This document shows positions 41,573-52,961 of a stretch of DNA of 64,000 bases, piece by piece (the first letter of the stretch is position 1; each line of letters opens with the position of its first letter). The notes under the pieces were generated by a model, which saw only the letters and a list, made by a program, of their open reading frames with translations, searched no databases and had not been told where the DNA came from. The DNA is taken from the NCBI GenBank assembly GCA_965198115.1, contig OZ240241.1:544001-608000 (forward strand), read 5' to 3'. The translations under genes were made by a program, and so were the position numbers. This stretch comes from Candidatus Latescibacterota bacterium. Lineage in GTDB: Bacteria; Latescibacterota; UBA2968.

Positions 41573-41622
41573 ATTTGCTGTGATTCATCTCGGGCGTTCT
41601 TGCAGATCGGATCAGGAGAGGG

Positions 41623-41688
41623 CTATCTTTGTTGCGCGTGAGCAAGATCACTCTTTGCCTGTTCTATCCAGTCGGCGCTACGTTCCAT
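41623..41688 (-). pseudogene. HEPN-domain protein N-terminal remnant
   Basis: GGAG RBS then MERSADWIEQAKSDLAHAQQR-stop, resembling the first helix of HEPN proteins. Confidence 0.45.
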
Positions 41689-44600
41689 CGGGTCTCCAGG
41701 TGGTTGATCGAATTTAGCCCGATCTGAACAACTGGACAACGTTGAATAGGATTCCGTTTCGTTCGTGTGCCGGGCAAGGTTGCCAATACGGTAATTTCCT
41801 GATTCCCTAATTATCAATGTCCTTCCGCCTTCTCCATTTCGCCCTCTGCTTTCTGCTCTCCACGCCGGTTCTCGGTGTTGACACAATCAAGGTGGTCCAT
41901 CCCGACCCGGTGACCGAAGCCTGGCGGTGGACGCATTTCGATCGTGCGAGCGGGTTAGCCGGCGTTCCGACGGAAATCTTCGAAGATCGGGACGGGTATA
42001 TCTGGATTGCCACCAACGAGGGGGTCCAGCGCTACGACGGGTGGACGTTCGAGACGTTCACGAAAGAGGACGGTCTGGGAAGTAACCTAACGGGATCGAT
42101 CGCTCAGACGCGCGACGGAGCGATGTGGTTCGGGACGGGCGCCGGGATCAGCCGCTTCGACCCTTCGACTCAGCTCCCTTCGACTACGCTCAGGGCAGGT
42201 GGGCCTGCTTGGAAGACCTACACGACCGAAGACAGCCTGGCGAGCAACGATGCCCTAACGCGAGGCAACAACCTGTTCGAAGCGAGAGACGGAACGCTCT
42301 GGGCCGGGTTCAGCGGCACTGGAGACGTCAGCCGAAAGCGGTCCAGTGAAGAAGTCTGGGAGACGATCACCACACCGCTCAGTGACTCTACGACGGCGAT
42401 TACCAGAATAACCCAGACAAGAGACGGCGACTTGTGGTTCGCTGCGTGGCGCCACGGCGTGCTTCGACTCGAACCGTCCAGCGGGTCGTGGCGGCACTAT
42501 TCATCCCGAGACGGACTGCATCAAAGCTGGCTAACCGAGGTTTTCCAGAGACCAGATGGGATCGTCTTCGCTGCGGGTAGAGGGGGCATCAGTCGATTTG
42601 ACCCGTCGGCAAGCTCAGAGGGTGGGGGGGCGCTGGTCGCCCGTCGAGATGGAGGATGACGGGCTCCCTCACGCTGTGAGCAGGCTCTGGCAGGATGAGG
42701 ACGGGACGATGTGGGGATTCGGCAATGGGCTCTATCGCGAGGAAGGCGGTCGTTGGCGCGTGTACCGGGTGAGGGGGGGAAGTACCAGTGCGGCCGCCTT
42801 TCAGGCTTCGGACGGGAGTATCTGGTCCTTCTCGACAGGTGTGGGCCTCTTCCGCTTCGCCCCCCACGATTCGACCTGGACTGTCTTTTCCGGCGTCCCG
42901 GTCGTGTGGACACGGGAGACCACCGCCTCGGATAATCTGTTTTTGCTGGACGACGATCTGGGTCGGTGGCGGAGACGGGGCCGCCCGTCTGGCGGGAGAC
43001 ACTTGGCTCAAATACTCGTCCACGGACGGCCTCTACGATGGAACGGTCAATACGATCGTGAAAGCGACCGATGGAGCGACCTGGTTCGCAGGAGCAGCCC
43101 ATGGCAAAAGTGTCGCTGCTCGTTTCGACTCCCGACTCGAGGGTGAAAAAGCCTGGCGCCACTTCAGTGAAGCAGACGGACTGGTCGGGGTCAGCATCGG
43201 ATCAGGCCTGGCTGCTTCCAACGGGGATATCTGGCTCGGCTCGAAAGACACGCGCCTGACTTTTCAAGGACACAAGGGTGTTTTCCGATACGACGGCGGA
43301 CGCTGGATCGCGTATACCAGCGGAGATGGCCTGCTTCATGATCGGATCTACCGTCTTGCCGAAGACTCGAACGGCCACATCTGGGTCGGCACGGCATTCG
43401 GGCTCAACCGTTTCGATGGTCACGTGTGGTCGAGTCATTCGCCTTTCCCCGACCAGGAGGCCCGCTCGTTCCAGAAGATCCGCGCATTGTCTACCACGCT
43501 CGACGTCTGGACAGGATATGGGGGTCCCGATGGCGGAGCGGCCAGATTCGATCCTTCGCTGAGTGCACCGGCTGCCTGGACGCGGTTTACGACGGCCGAC
43601 GGGCTCCTGCACGACGGCGTCTGGGCTATCCATCAAAGCCCTAGCGGCACCGTTTGGGCTGGCACACAGGTAGGCCTGGCCCGGTATGATGAGACGGGGT
43701 GGTCTTCGTACGAAGGGGAAATCGGTCCTGACTCGATCCGCGCCCGCAGCATCGTGGAGACGTCAGACGGGGCGATCTGGATTCGTGGAGGAAGGTTGAG
43801 CGGGCGACTACCCGGCCCCTTGATTCGCCACATCCCCGATCGGAACCCGCCCGATACCTACATTCTCCCGGCGATCGACCAGGTCTCTTCGGCAGGAAAC
43901 GTCCTTTTGCAATGGTCGGGCGGTGATTACTACAACGACACACCGATCGATCGGCTGCGCTATCAGTACCGCGTCGACGACGGCGACTGGTCGCGATCGA
44001 CGCGCCGTCGTGGGTTCCCGTTCACGTCGTTCGCGGACGGCGATCACCGGATCGAGGTCCGCGCGATCGACTGGGGCGGCAACGTCGATCCGACGCCGGC
44101 AATGCACGCGTTCATCGTCGAGGGACCGTGGTGGAAGAATCCCTATGTGGCCGTCAGCGGGCTTGTGATGCTGGGTCTGATCGCGCTGCAAACAGGACGC
44201 GTCGTGCGCCGCGATCGGCGCTTGCGGGCGTCGAACGAGGCGTTGTCGAGCGCAAACAACGAGCTGTTCCAGGTGAACGTAGACCTGCAGCGCGAGCAGG
44301 TGTTGGAACGGCTGCGCGGTCAGGCGCTCGGGATGCAATCGAGCGACGAGATCGGGGCGATGTGCGAGAGCGTGTTCCGAGAGCTGAGAGGACTCGGACT
44401 TCCTCTGATCAGCTCTGGGATTGGAATCGTCAACGATACGGGCGAAGCGGAAGTCTGGGGTTGTTCGTCGGATGGTAGCGTTCTCGAAGCAGCATCGTGG
44501 AAACTCAGTGCCGACAGCCCTGCCACGAGAGCACAGGCAAGGGGAGAGACATATTACCACGTGGAGTACGATCGCGAACAGTTGAAGAAGCAGATCAGGT

Positions 44601-45715
44601 CGCAGGCCGAACTGGGCAATCCGATCGGCTTCTTGGACCTTCCAGAGGACCAGTTGCCGGAACGCACTCACTCATATGGCATCTTTTTCGATCGGGGTCG
44701 TGTGCAGTTTACCACCAGGGATACGATCTCGGAAGACCATATCGATCTCATTCGGCGGTTCGGTGAGGCGTTCGGATTCGCTCACGCGCGTTGGGAAGAG
44801 CTGAAGGTGAAGGAAGCACAGAACCGTCGCCTTGCGGTCGAAGCGTCGGTACAACGGCTGCGTGCGGAAGTACAATCGATGGACGAGGCGAGCGATTTCG
44901 AGCGGATCCTGTCACTGCTGGCGGAGAGCCTGGAGTCGGTCGAGTTGAGCTTCGGAGGCTGCGAGATCGACGTGGTGAACGAACCCGTCGAGCATCCGAC
45001 GATGGATCACTTCGTGGCGAACGGGTACCGTTACACGACGTTCAGCCTGGACCCGTCAGGGTCTGTGTCGTCGAACTCGTACAACCTCCCCGCCCCGTTC
45101 CCGACGGTGATCGAGCGTACGCTCGAACGGTTCATCGAGGGCGAGCCGTGGCAGGGGATGAGCGAGGAGCAGCGGATCGTCGAGGTGCCGGCGGGCAGCT
45201 ACGGCCGCTTGCGGCTCACGGCGACAGACCGGGAGACGTTCGAAGAAGACGAAATCGCAACGCTGCGCGAGTTCGCAGACGCCGTTGCCCTGGGTTACGC
45301 CCGCTACCTCGACATCCGCGAGATCCAGGACCAGACCGAGCGCAAGTCGGCGTTCCTCGCGTCGATGTCGCACGAGCTGCGCACACCGATGAATGCGATC
45401 AAGGGGTTCACGAACCTGGTATTGGGACGACGCTCAGAGAACCTGAACGACCGGCAGCGAGAGAACCTCAGCAAAGTCTCACAGGCCAGCGACCACCTGC
45501 TCGCGATGATCAACGATCTGCTCGATCTGTCGAAGATCGAGCGGGGGATGATGGAGGCCAACGTTGAATCGTTCGACGTGACAGAGCTGATCGCGTCCTG
45601 TTGTGGTACTGTCAGCCCGCTGATCCAGGACGGCGTGGTATTGAGACAGGATGTGGCGGAGGATGTGGGCGAAGCGAACATAGATCGGGCGAGAGTGCAG
45701 CAGATGGTCATTAAC

Positions 45716-46352
45716 TAAACCTTGGTAAGCCCCCGGCTCTGCCGGGGAGACTCCCAGAGTTTGACAGTTCCAGAAATATGTAAGAGCCTCCCTTGCCGTG
45801 GACCGCTCAAAGCACACGGAAGGAAGGCTCTCTAATGAACAACGTAAGGAGTCTACGTCACACGGTATGGGAGTGCAAGTATGACGTTGTTTGGGTTCGG
45901 AAGTATCGTAGAAAAGTGTTGTATGGTGAAATTCGTCGCTATCTGGGCGAGGTGATTCGGGATCTGGCCGCACAGAAGGAATGCCGTGTGGAAGAGGGTC
46001 ACCTGCGATCCGACCATGTGCACACGTTGATTTCGATCCCGCCGAAGCACTCAGTAGCTCAGACGGTAGGGTTCATCAAAGGAAAGAGTGCGATTCACAT
46101 TGCTCGGAACTATCTGGGACGCAGGTCGAACTTCACCGGGCAGCATTTCTGGGCAAGAGGCTACTGGGTCTCCACCGTTGGCAAGGATGAACAGACGGTT
46201 CGGGAGTATATCCAGAACCAGGAGCGGGAGGACCTGAGTCTCGACCAGCTCAACATTTTCAGGTAATCGCCACCTTTAGGTGGCGCTTGGTTTCCAACCG
46301 CTTTGAGCGGTTCACAAGTTTTCAAGCCTCCGGCTTTGCCGGAGGTCATGAC
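45716..46352 (+). mobile_element. IS200/IS605-family element, tnpA only (637 bp)
   Basis: No TSD; subterminal hairpins AAGCCCCCGGCTCTGCCGGGG and AAGCCTCCGGCTTTGCCGGAGG; excision rejoins ATT AAC|TTG CTG AGC AAC. Confidence 0.92.
45835..46266 (+). CDS. tnpA: HUH Y1 transposase TnpA
   Basis: KYRRKVL, DHVH (HUH), KGKSA, FWARGY, EYIQNQ. Confidence 0.93.
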   Translation: MNNVRSLRHTVWECKYDVVWVRKYRRKVLYGEIRRYLGEVIRDLAAQKECRVEEGHLRSDHVHTLISIPPKHSVAQTVGFIKGKSAIHIARNYLGRRSNFTGQHFWARGYWVSTVGKDEQTVREYIQNQEREDLSLDQLNIFR

Positions 46353-46907
46353 TTGCTGAGCAACGCGATTAAATTCACGGACAGTGGGGAGGTCGCGGTT
46401 GGAGTCACAAGAGGTGAGCGGGGGAGAAAGCCTGGTTATCGCTGTGAGTGATACTGGAAAAGGCATCCCCGTAGACGAACTCCCGACATTGTTCGACGAA
46501 TACCGCCAGGTGGAAGGGCAATCGGACAGCGATGTTCAAAAGGGCACCGGTCTCGGTCTGTCGATTACGAAGAAATTCGCCGAGTTGTTGGGCGGAACGA
46601 TCGACGTCCAAAGCGAGGTAGGTAAGGGGACAACGTTTACGATTAAGATACCGGCGGAATACGAAAACGAATGATAATGCCACGCCACACTCGGGTGTGT
46701 TACGGTGGCGTGTTCCCGGATGAAATCCGGTCACACGGTGACGGGTACGTAGTGGGTGAAGGGAAGGATCCGCGGCGACGGCGTGATCGATGGACGCACG
46801 ACATCGCCGCCGTGCCTACGCGTAAGACCCGATTGTATCGGGGAACGGTCCATCGCGAAACGATCGCACCGGACACAAAGGCACGGACATCACCCGCGCC
46901 CATCGAC

Positions 46908-46932
46908 GTAGGGGCGAATTGCATATTCGCCC
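46908..46932. repeat. GTAG-type REP palindrome
   Basis: GTAG-GGGCGAAT-TGCAT-ATTCGCCC. Confidence 0.6.
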
Positions 46933-47229
46933 ACTGGCCGCAAGGCCGGGACCCATCACGCGAAGCCATCACGTCGATCATACGGGCGTCAACATCGCCC
47001 GCGCGCCATCGATGTGGGACCTGATCCTGCCCTGAGCATTGCCGACCCAATCATCGTAATTCCCAAATAGGCCCACAGCTTCACCAGCCCCCGTTGGATC
47101 CCTCCAGCGGGGGCTTCCTCGTGATATTTCGCGAACTGCGTGCCAGGATCGCGCAAAATCGCGCAACCTAATTCTCTGGCCATCGCTCGAGTTCGTCGGC
47201 CACCGTATACTTCATTAATAATTGTTTTT

Positions 47230-47250
47230 TTATGTATTTATAATACATAA
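47230..47250. promoter_or_regulatory. palindromic operator overlapping a TATAAT -10-like hexamer
   Basis: TTATGTATT-TAT-AATACATAA perfect 9-bp IR in an AT-rich patch just upstream of the MMPL gene. Confidence 0.6.
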
Positions 47251-47296
47251 AGGAATTTTTGGAGTCGACTGGCCTGCCCGTTGCATAGGGAAAGGA

Positions 47297-50200
47297 TGAA
47301 GCAAAACGATGCGACATCCATCCTCTTCCGGAGTGGACCTATGGATCGTCTCTCACAGGCACGATTCGAAGAGGCCTTCGGCGACGAGCAGATGATGCTG
47401 GTTGCCCTCGAGAGTCCCGATCTCCTGGGTGATGATGCCCTGGAAAAAATCGGGGCTATCACTGCGAACCTTCGCGAGGTGGCTGGAGTCCGAGAAGCGG
47501 GCGTCGCAAGTCTTTCGACGATCCCTGTCCGCCCTCTCGATCCAACCGCTCCGACTGTACTCGAGACGCTCTCTCGGTCCGAGTACGATCAACGTAACGC
47601 GATGCTCGATTCGCTTCCACAGGTTGGCAGATTCCTCTCAGCCGATCGACGAACGACGTTGATTACGGCTCAGGTGTCTCGAGCCGCCCCGCAGTAGCTG
47701 CCCGCGTCGACGAGATCGTCGCGCGATACGAAGGACCCGAGCGCGTTCACGTCATTGGTGACCATACGGTTGCGCAGGCGATCGATGAAGGGATCGAATC
47801 CGATCTGGGGCTTCTGCTCCCGCTCGCGTTCGTCCTCATTCTTGTCGTTCTGCGTATCTGCTTTGGCCGTGTGCGAAGTGCGTTGCTGCCTGCGTGCGTG
47901 ATGGTGGGGAGCATCGTCTGGACGCTCGGTCTGATGGGGCATCTCGGCGTTCCCTTGAATGTCGTGACGTCGACACTTCCGATCCTGATGGTGTCCGTGG
48001 CCAGTTCCTACGGGATCCACGTGGTTCGACAGGCGGCTGCATTGACACCAGAGGGCGATCGTGCGCGCAAGCTGCTGAAAGATCTGGGTCGCCCGATTCT
48101 GCTGACCGGACTGACATCGGCGGCAGGTGCTCTGTCCCTGCTCGTGTTCGACGTGAAATCGATCCGTGAGTTCGGTCTTTTCGCCGGGTTCGGAATCCTG
48201 TCAGCCACTGCGGCCGCACTTCTGTTCATGCCCGCCGCATTGACCTTCGCCAGGGATGGGAAGGCGCGTCTCACGACATCCAAGTGGTTCGATGGCTGGC
48301 TGAGTGCTCTTGGACGGGGCACGCTCGCGCATCGACACATCGTGCTCGGTGTCCTGGGGATCGTCCTTGTAGCGAGCGCCTTCGGTGTTTCGCGGATCAG
48401 AATCGGGATGGACCCCGTGTCGATGTTCCCGAAAGACCATCCTGTGAGAGAAGCGACCGCCGTCCTTACCGAGCAGTTCGACGGATGCCGGTATTTCGAC
48501 GTGATGGTGGATGCGGGTGTGTCGGGATCAGGACTCGAGCCGAATACGCTCGCAGCGATGGCACGGTTCGCGGACGAGGCGAGGCGTTTTCCCGAGGTGA
48601 CGGCTGTCTATTCGGTGACCGATCTCGTTCCGCCCGATTTCTCGGCGGACACTCTGATGCCGGGACTCAAAGCGGCGGGATTCCTCACGACGAGGCCCGG
48701 CGCGGTCGGGTGACGGTGATGATCGCGGCGACGGATCAGGCCGATCAGACACGTGTTTACGACCAGTTGCGTTCGGCGGCCGATACGTATCTGAACGAAG
48801 GATATGTTGTGTCGTTCGGCGGACCCGTGCTGAGGTGGATCGCGCAGAACCGCTACGTCTCGATCGGCAAAGTGATCAGCGTGGTTGCCGCACTGGTGTT
48901 CGTGTTCGTGGCGTGTGTGACGGCCTTCAAGTCGGTCCGGATCGGGGTGCTGGCGTCGACACCGCTGATCGTTTCGACCGTGACGACGTTCGGTGTGATG
49001 GGGTGGCTGGGGATTCGTCTGAATATGGCGACGGCGATCACGACCGCGATCGGTCTGGGGATCGGCGTCGACTTCGGGATTCACTTCCTGAGCCGGCTTC
49101 GGCAGGAGCTCGAGTCTTCGTCGCTGGAGGATGCGGCCGTGCGGACGATCCTGACGACGGGTCGCGCCGTGATTTATGACGTCGCTTCGAACGTCGTGGG
49201 GTTCGGCGTCCTCGTGTTCAGCGTGTTCGGCCCCGTTCAGGATTTCGGCTGGCTGATCTCGCTGACGATGATCACGTCTGCTGCAGGCACGCTGGTGTTC
49301 GTACCAGCCGCCGCCGCATCGCTGTTGCCCGCTGAGACGACCCCTTGGACGGTCCGGGCCTTCCGTCATCTGATTCACGGCTGTGTGGCAAAGACGCGGG
49401 CTTTGCTGATTCTCAACCGGGAGGCAGCGAGCGGGCGAACGGACGCGGAGATTGCGGAAGTCGTGGCTTCATTCGAGCGGCACTTCTCGTTCGTAGACCG
49501 AAACGTGGCCGTGGTCGGGACGCACGAAGCTGCGGCTGCAATAGTGAAGACGTTCCGATCGACGTGCGAGGGACCCGGCGTGATCGTTTCCGGCGGTGGG
49601 GCCGGTACGCTGCGCGCCGTGGCGGAGGGATTGTGCGGGGAGGACGGGCGACTTCCCGATCCAGAACATCTCTGCGTGGCGCCGCTGAGGCTGGGATCCG
49701 GAAACGTGCTCGCGAAGACGTTTGGGGTTTCTCAGGATGCCGATCAGGCGCTCTCGGAGGCCGCGATCAACTACCAGCGGGGCGTCATCGGCGAGTGCGC
49801 GGTGATTCGTTGCGTCGTCGATGGCCGTGTCAGATACGCGATGACCCTCGTGGGATTGGGTCAGTTCGGACGGATTCCGAGCGATCTGGCTGCCTTCCAC
49901 TACGCGTATCCTCGCACGCGAGGGAATCTGGCTGGCGCGCTGGGGGCCGAGCGACTGACCCAGCTGGAATACCGGGCGGCGATGCTCATCCGAGGCGTTC
50001 GCTGTTGGGCTCATCCGGATCGGATGGAGACAGTAGAGGTTCGGACGAAAGAGGAAACCGAGCGGGTCTGCCTGCTCGCTGGAGCCGTGGCCAACTTCCC
50101 GATCAAAGGGCTCCCGTTCAAGCCGAACCACGATCCTGGCGCTCCCAGGCTTACCGGATACCTCCTCAGGAGCTCGGCCGTTTCTCCGGTCCGTCTCCTT

Positions 50201-50464
50201 CGCGGGGGTGCTGACTCTACCGTCTGTCGCTTCGAGGTGACGGAGGATAATCCTGTGGTTCTGAGGCTCGAGTCTCCCGGGCCGGCCGAATTCTTTCTGG
50301 ACGAAGACGCGCTGACGTTTCAGCACGAGCTCCGCATCGATGTCGCGGGGACACTGGGTATCGTGCCCGGTGTCGAGGAACGTCAGTCCACTCACCTTCT
50401 GGTGGGTGAAACGAAAACGAGTGAGGTGGGCTATGACCACGCACGTGTGCATTCTGGGCATTGA
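47297..50464 (+). pseudogene. MMPL/RND-family transporter fused to a C-terminal diacylglycerol-kinase-like domain; two apparent -1 frameshifts (~47690, ~48690)
   Basis: Two 6-TM RND halves (VASSYGIH...RPILLTGLTSAAG; GIGVDFGIHF...GRAV) then LILNREAASG, SGGGAGTL, LGSGNVLA. Confidence 0.78.
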
Positions 50465-52211
50465 CGGTAGTGGAAAGTCGACGGTCGCAAACGCGCTTCC
50501 GGGTCTGCTCTCGGGGTTGAACAGGATTCGGACGGCGGGGGCTGGAGAGTCGTTCTGTGTGGAGGATCCGGACAAGACGATTCTGGCGCCCGGGTTCTCC
50601 CCGTCGGGACGTCCGATCTTGACCCGTCTGGCCAGCTGGTGGAAGCGGGCGGCAAAACGCTGCACGGATCACAGGGTGTTGCATCCCGTTCTCAAGATCT
50701 TGCAGCTCGCCTTTCAAGACGCGGCTGCTCGTCGTCTCGAGCGGCGCTATCAGCCGGGCGTGCTGGTGAGCGACGGAAACCTGATTCTGTCGGTCGCAGG
50801 TTGCACCGTGAACACCTTCAGGCCGGCTCGAACGGGTGAAGGTTCGTGGGATGTCGGTTCCGATCGGCTTCGTGACCTGCTGGCACCGTTCGACGGCCAT
50901 TCTGGTAGTGAGAGGTGGATCCGCGCCGTCGTGAAGGTCGGCCGAGCTTTAAAGTGGCTGGGGTTCCAAACCCTGTGGCTTCCCGACGTCGTCATTCTGC
51001 TCGACCTGACACCCGAACGCGCCCTGGACCGCGTACGGCGCCGGGGTGGGAAGGTCGACGCCCACGAGAACAGAGTCGACCTCGCTCGGGCACGTGGGAT
51101 GTATTTGGCGACTGCGGACGCCTTCGAGGGTATTCGAGGAGCATCCGCCGTCGTGCGGATTCCGGTGGGTGATCGGACGCCAGGAGCCGTCATACAGCGG
51201 GTCGTCGATTCGCTGAAGGGTCGGTTGGAGACGATCCATTCCGATGCCGCGCACGAGACGCTCGGGACGACGGAGGATGGGGGAGGCGCGTGGACGTCCT
51301 ACCTGAGTGTGGGCTATCTATTCCGGTGCCTGGTCGCCCAATTTTTCCAGGGGACGTGGCGTGAGCCCTTGTTTCCTCTGTCGCGGATGGGTCGGCACTT
51401 CATGCGGGAGGGTTATTCCGCGTCCGTGATGCAGGACATCTACGATCAGGACCTGGTTCCGCCGTCGCTCATCGACAGACCGTTTGTGGGATACCCTCTC
51501 CATCGAGCCGTCTATGACCGATTGCACCTCCTGGTGCCGCGGATCGCGCAGGAACTTCTGGGCCGGGACGGCCGCATCCGGATCTTCACGGCGCCGTCTG
51601 GTCTGGCGGAGGATGTGTTCCGGGCGGTCGAAGACGTTGCCAGGGTGAGACGGGGTGGCGTTGGAGGGATCGAGATCACGGCTCTGGATCTGGACCCGGA
51701 TGGACGAATCGCGAAGAGCCTCGCGGAACGAAGCGAGCGGTTGAGTGTCCAGACGACGTTCGTGAAGGGGGATCTGACGGATCCGGTCTGGTCGGACGAC
51801 CGCGAGCAACCGTTCGACATCGCGATCTTCGTGGGGCTATCGAGCTGGCTGCCTAAACCGCAACTGATCGAGCATCTGCGTCAGCTGAGGAAGAACCTGA
51901 GCGACGACGGCGTGCTGATCACGGATGTGTTCACACCGGGAGCCTATGCCGTTTCAGGATGGTATGCCGGCTACGATGCCAACTACCACCAGCCGGACAC
52001 TTTTGCCACGTTGCTCGAGGTGTGTGGCTTCGACGGACGTTCCGTGGCGGTTGCGAGTGGACGCGATGGGTTGAACCACGTGATGGTCTGTAGACCACGT
52101 ATGGTTCGGCAAGTTCCGGTGGGCGAGCGGGGGGCCGAGCTTGAAGAGACAGCGGTTGAATACGCGATGGTCGATGAGAGAGCGGGCGCGCCTACTTTAC
52201 GCAATGTCTGA
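50433..52211 (+). CDS. fusion of a thymidylate-kinase-like P-loop domain and a class I SAM-dependent methyltransferase-like domain
   Basis: LGIDGSGKST, PDVVILLDLTPERALDRV..R; C-terminal TAPSG, ITALDLD, FVKGDL, FDIAIFVGLSSW, NLSDDGVLI. Confidence 0.72.
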   Translation: MTTHVCILGIDGSGKSTVANALPGLLSGLNRIRTAGAGESFCVEDPDKTILAPGFSPSGRPILTRLASWWKRAAKRCTDHRVLHPVLKILQLAFQDAAARRLERRYQPGVLVSDGNLILSVAGCTVNTFRPARTGEGSWDVGSDRLRDLLAPFDGHSGSERWIRAVVKVGRALKWLGFQTLWLPDVVILLDLTPERALDRVRRRGGKVDAHENRVDLARARGMYLATADAFEGIRGASAVVRIPVGDRTPGAVIQRVVDSLKGRLETIHSDAAHETLGTTEDGGGAWTSYLSVGYLFRCLVAQFFQGTWREPLFPLSRMGRHFMREGYSASVMQDIYDQDLVPPSLIDRPFVGYPLHRAVYDRLHLLVPRIAQELLGRDGRIRIFTAPSGLAEDVFRAVEDVARVRRGGVGGIEITALDLDPDGRIAKSLAERSERLSVQTTFVKGDLTDPVWSDDREQPFDIAIFVGLSSWLPKPQLIEHLRQLRKNLSDDGVLITDVFTPGAYAVSGWYAGYDANYHQPDTFATLLEVCGFDGRSVAVASGRDGLNHVMVCRPRMVRQVPVGERGAELEETAVEYAMVDERAGAPTLRNV

Positions 52212-52256
52212 CGGGCAGGAGCAGGCGGGAATCGGTCTTTGCGCGTGAGTTGGAGT

Positions 52257-52688
52257 TCACAAGTCGCCGATCCAGAGAAGATGGTTACCGAATCCAGGTG
52301 AGGCGAGATCGTAGAAACGTCGGTCTGCGGTGACCATCTGTCCGTCGATTCCGAGGGCAAGCGCGAGGTAAATGCAGTCGTATATGCTGTGTCGCAGAAG
52401 TGTCGAGATGTTGAACGCGCTGTCTTCGACAGTGGCGTAGGGATGGACTCGAACAGGTGCAGACCGAATCTGCCTTCGATGCTCATCTGCCTCTGAATCC
52501 TCGAGTTTCCCAGACCTGACCTGTCGTGTGAGGTAGTTGTCAGTCTCGACGTGGAGGAGCTCTGGGGCATGAATCGCGTCTGATGGCGTCAGGACTCTCA
52601 ATGCGTTTTCCGTGAATGGTTCCTCCACAACCCATTTCACAGCCACACTCGCATCCACGACGCGATTAGCCACGGGTGTCCCGTTCAT
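52257..52688 (-). CDS. vapC: PIN-domain toxin (VapC/FitB type)
   Basis: VVDASVAVKW, IYDCIYLALA, VTADRRF. Confidence 0.9.
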   Translation of the reverse strand: MNGTPVANRVVDASVAVKWVVEEPFTENALRVLTPSDAIHAPELLHVETDNYLTRQVRSGKLEDSEADEHRRQIRSAPVRVHPYATVEDSAFNISTLLRHSIYDCIYLALALGIDGQMVTADRRFYDLASPGFGNHLLWIGDL

Positions 52689-52908
52689 CGCGGATTACCG
52701 AGGTACTGTCTTCGAGGCCTCGGCCTCGGTATCGTGTCCTAAGCCGACTGAAGCGGCGTTTGGCCGTGGCCATCGACCTGTCAAGGCGAGCCTCGGTTTC
52801 CAAGATCAACTTGACTTCGACCTGAAGCGAACGATTGTTGGCGGCTGCCCGTTTCTTGAGCGTGTCGACCGCCAATTCGTCGAGGTTGCGAACCAGGATC
52901 TGTGCCAC
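52666..52908 (-). CDS. FitA-like ribbon-helix-helix antitoxin
   Basis: MAQILVRNLDE...LKKRAAANNRSLQVEVKLIL; overlaps the toxin start. Confidence 0.88.
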   Translation of the reverse strand: MAQILVRNLDELAVDTLKKRAAANNRSLQVEVKLILETEARLDRSMATAKRRFSRLRTRYRGRGLEDSTSVIRDERDTRG

Positions 52909-52923
52909 GGTTCCCTCCTAGGG

Positions 52924-52961
52924 TGATAGCATAATGATAGCAACTATCGCGCTGATGACAA
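52924..52961 (-). promoter_or_regulatory. TA promoter with two TGCTATCA boxes
   Basis: Minus strand TTGTCA-16 bp-TATCAT; TGATAGCA at 52924-52931 and 52935-52942. Confidence 0.6.

Larger units (their letters stand above)
41817..46674 (+). pseudogene. large beta-propeller (Reg_prop) sensor histidine kinase, broken by three frameshifts and an IS200/IS605 insertion
   Basis: Signal peptide, repeated DGxxWxGT/DGL propeller motifs, Y_Y_Y-like domain, TM helix, H-box FLASMSHELRTPMN, N-box split QMVIN|LLSNAIKFT, G-boxes DTGKGI and GTGLGL; shifts near 42627, 42945 and 46420. Confidence 0.88.

Noticed and set aside
45716-46352. TnpB/IscB RNA-guided nuclease system
   Set aside because: The element is only 637 bp and encodes TnpA alone
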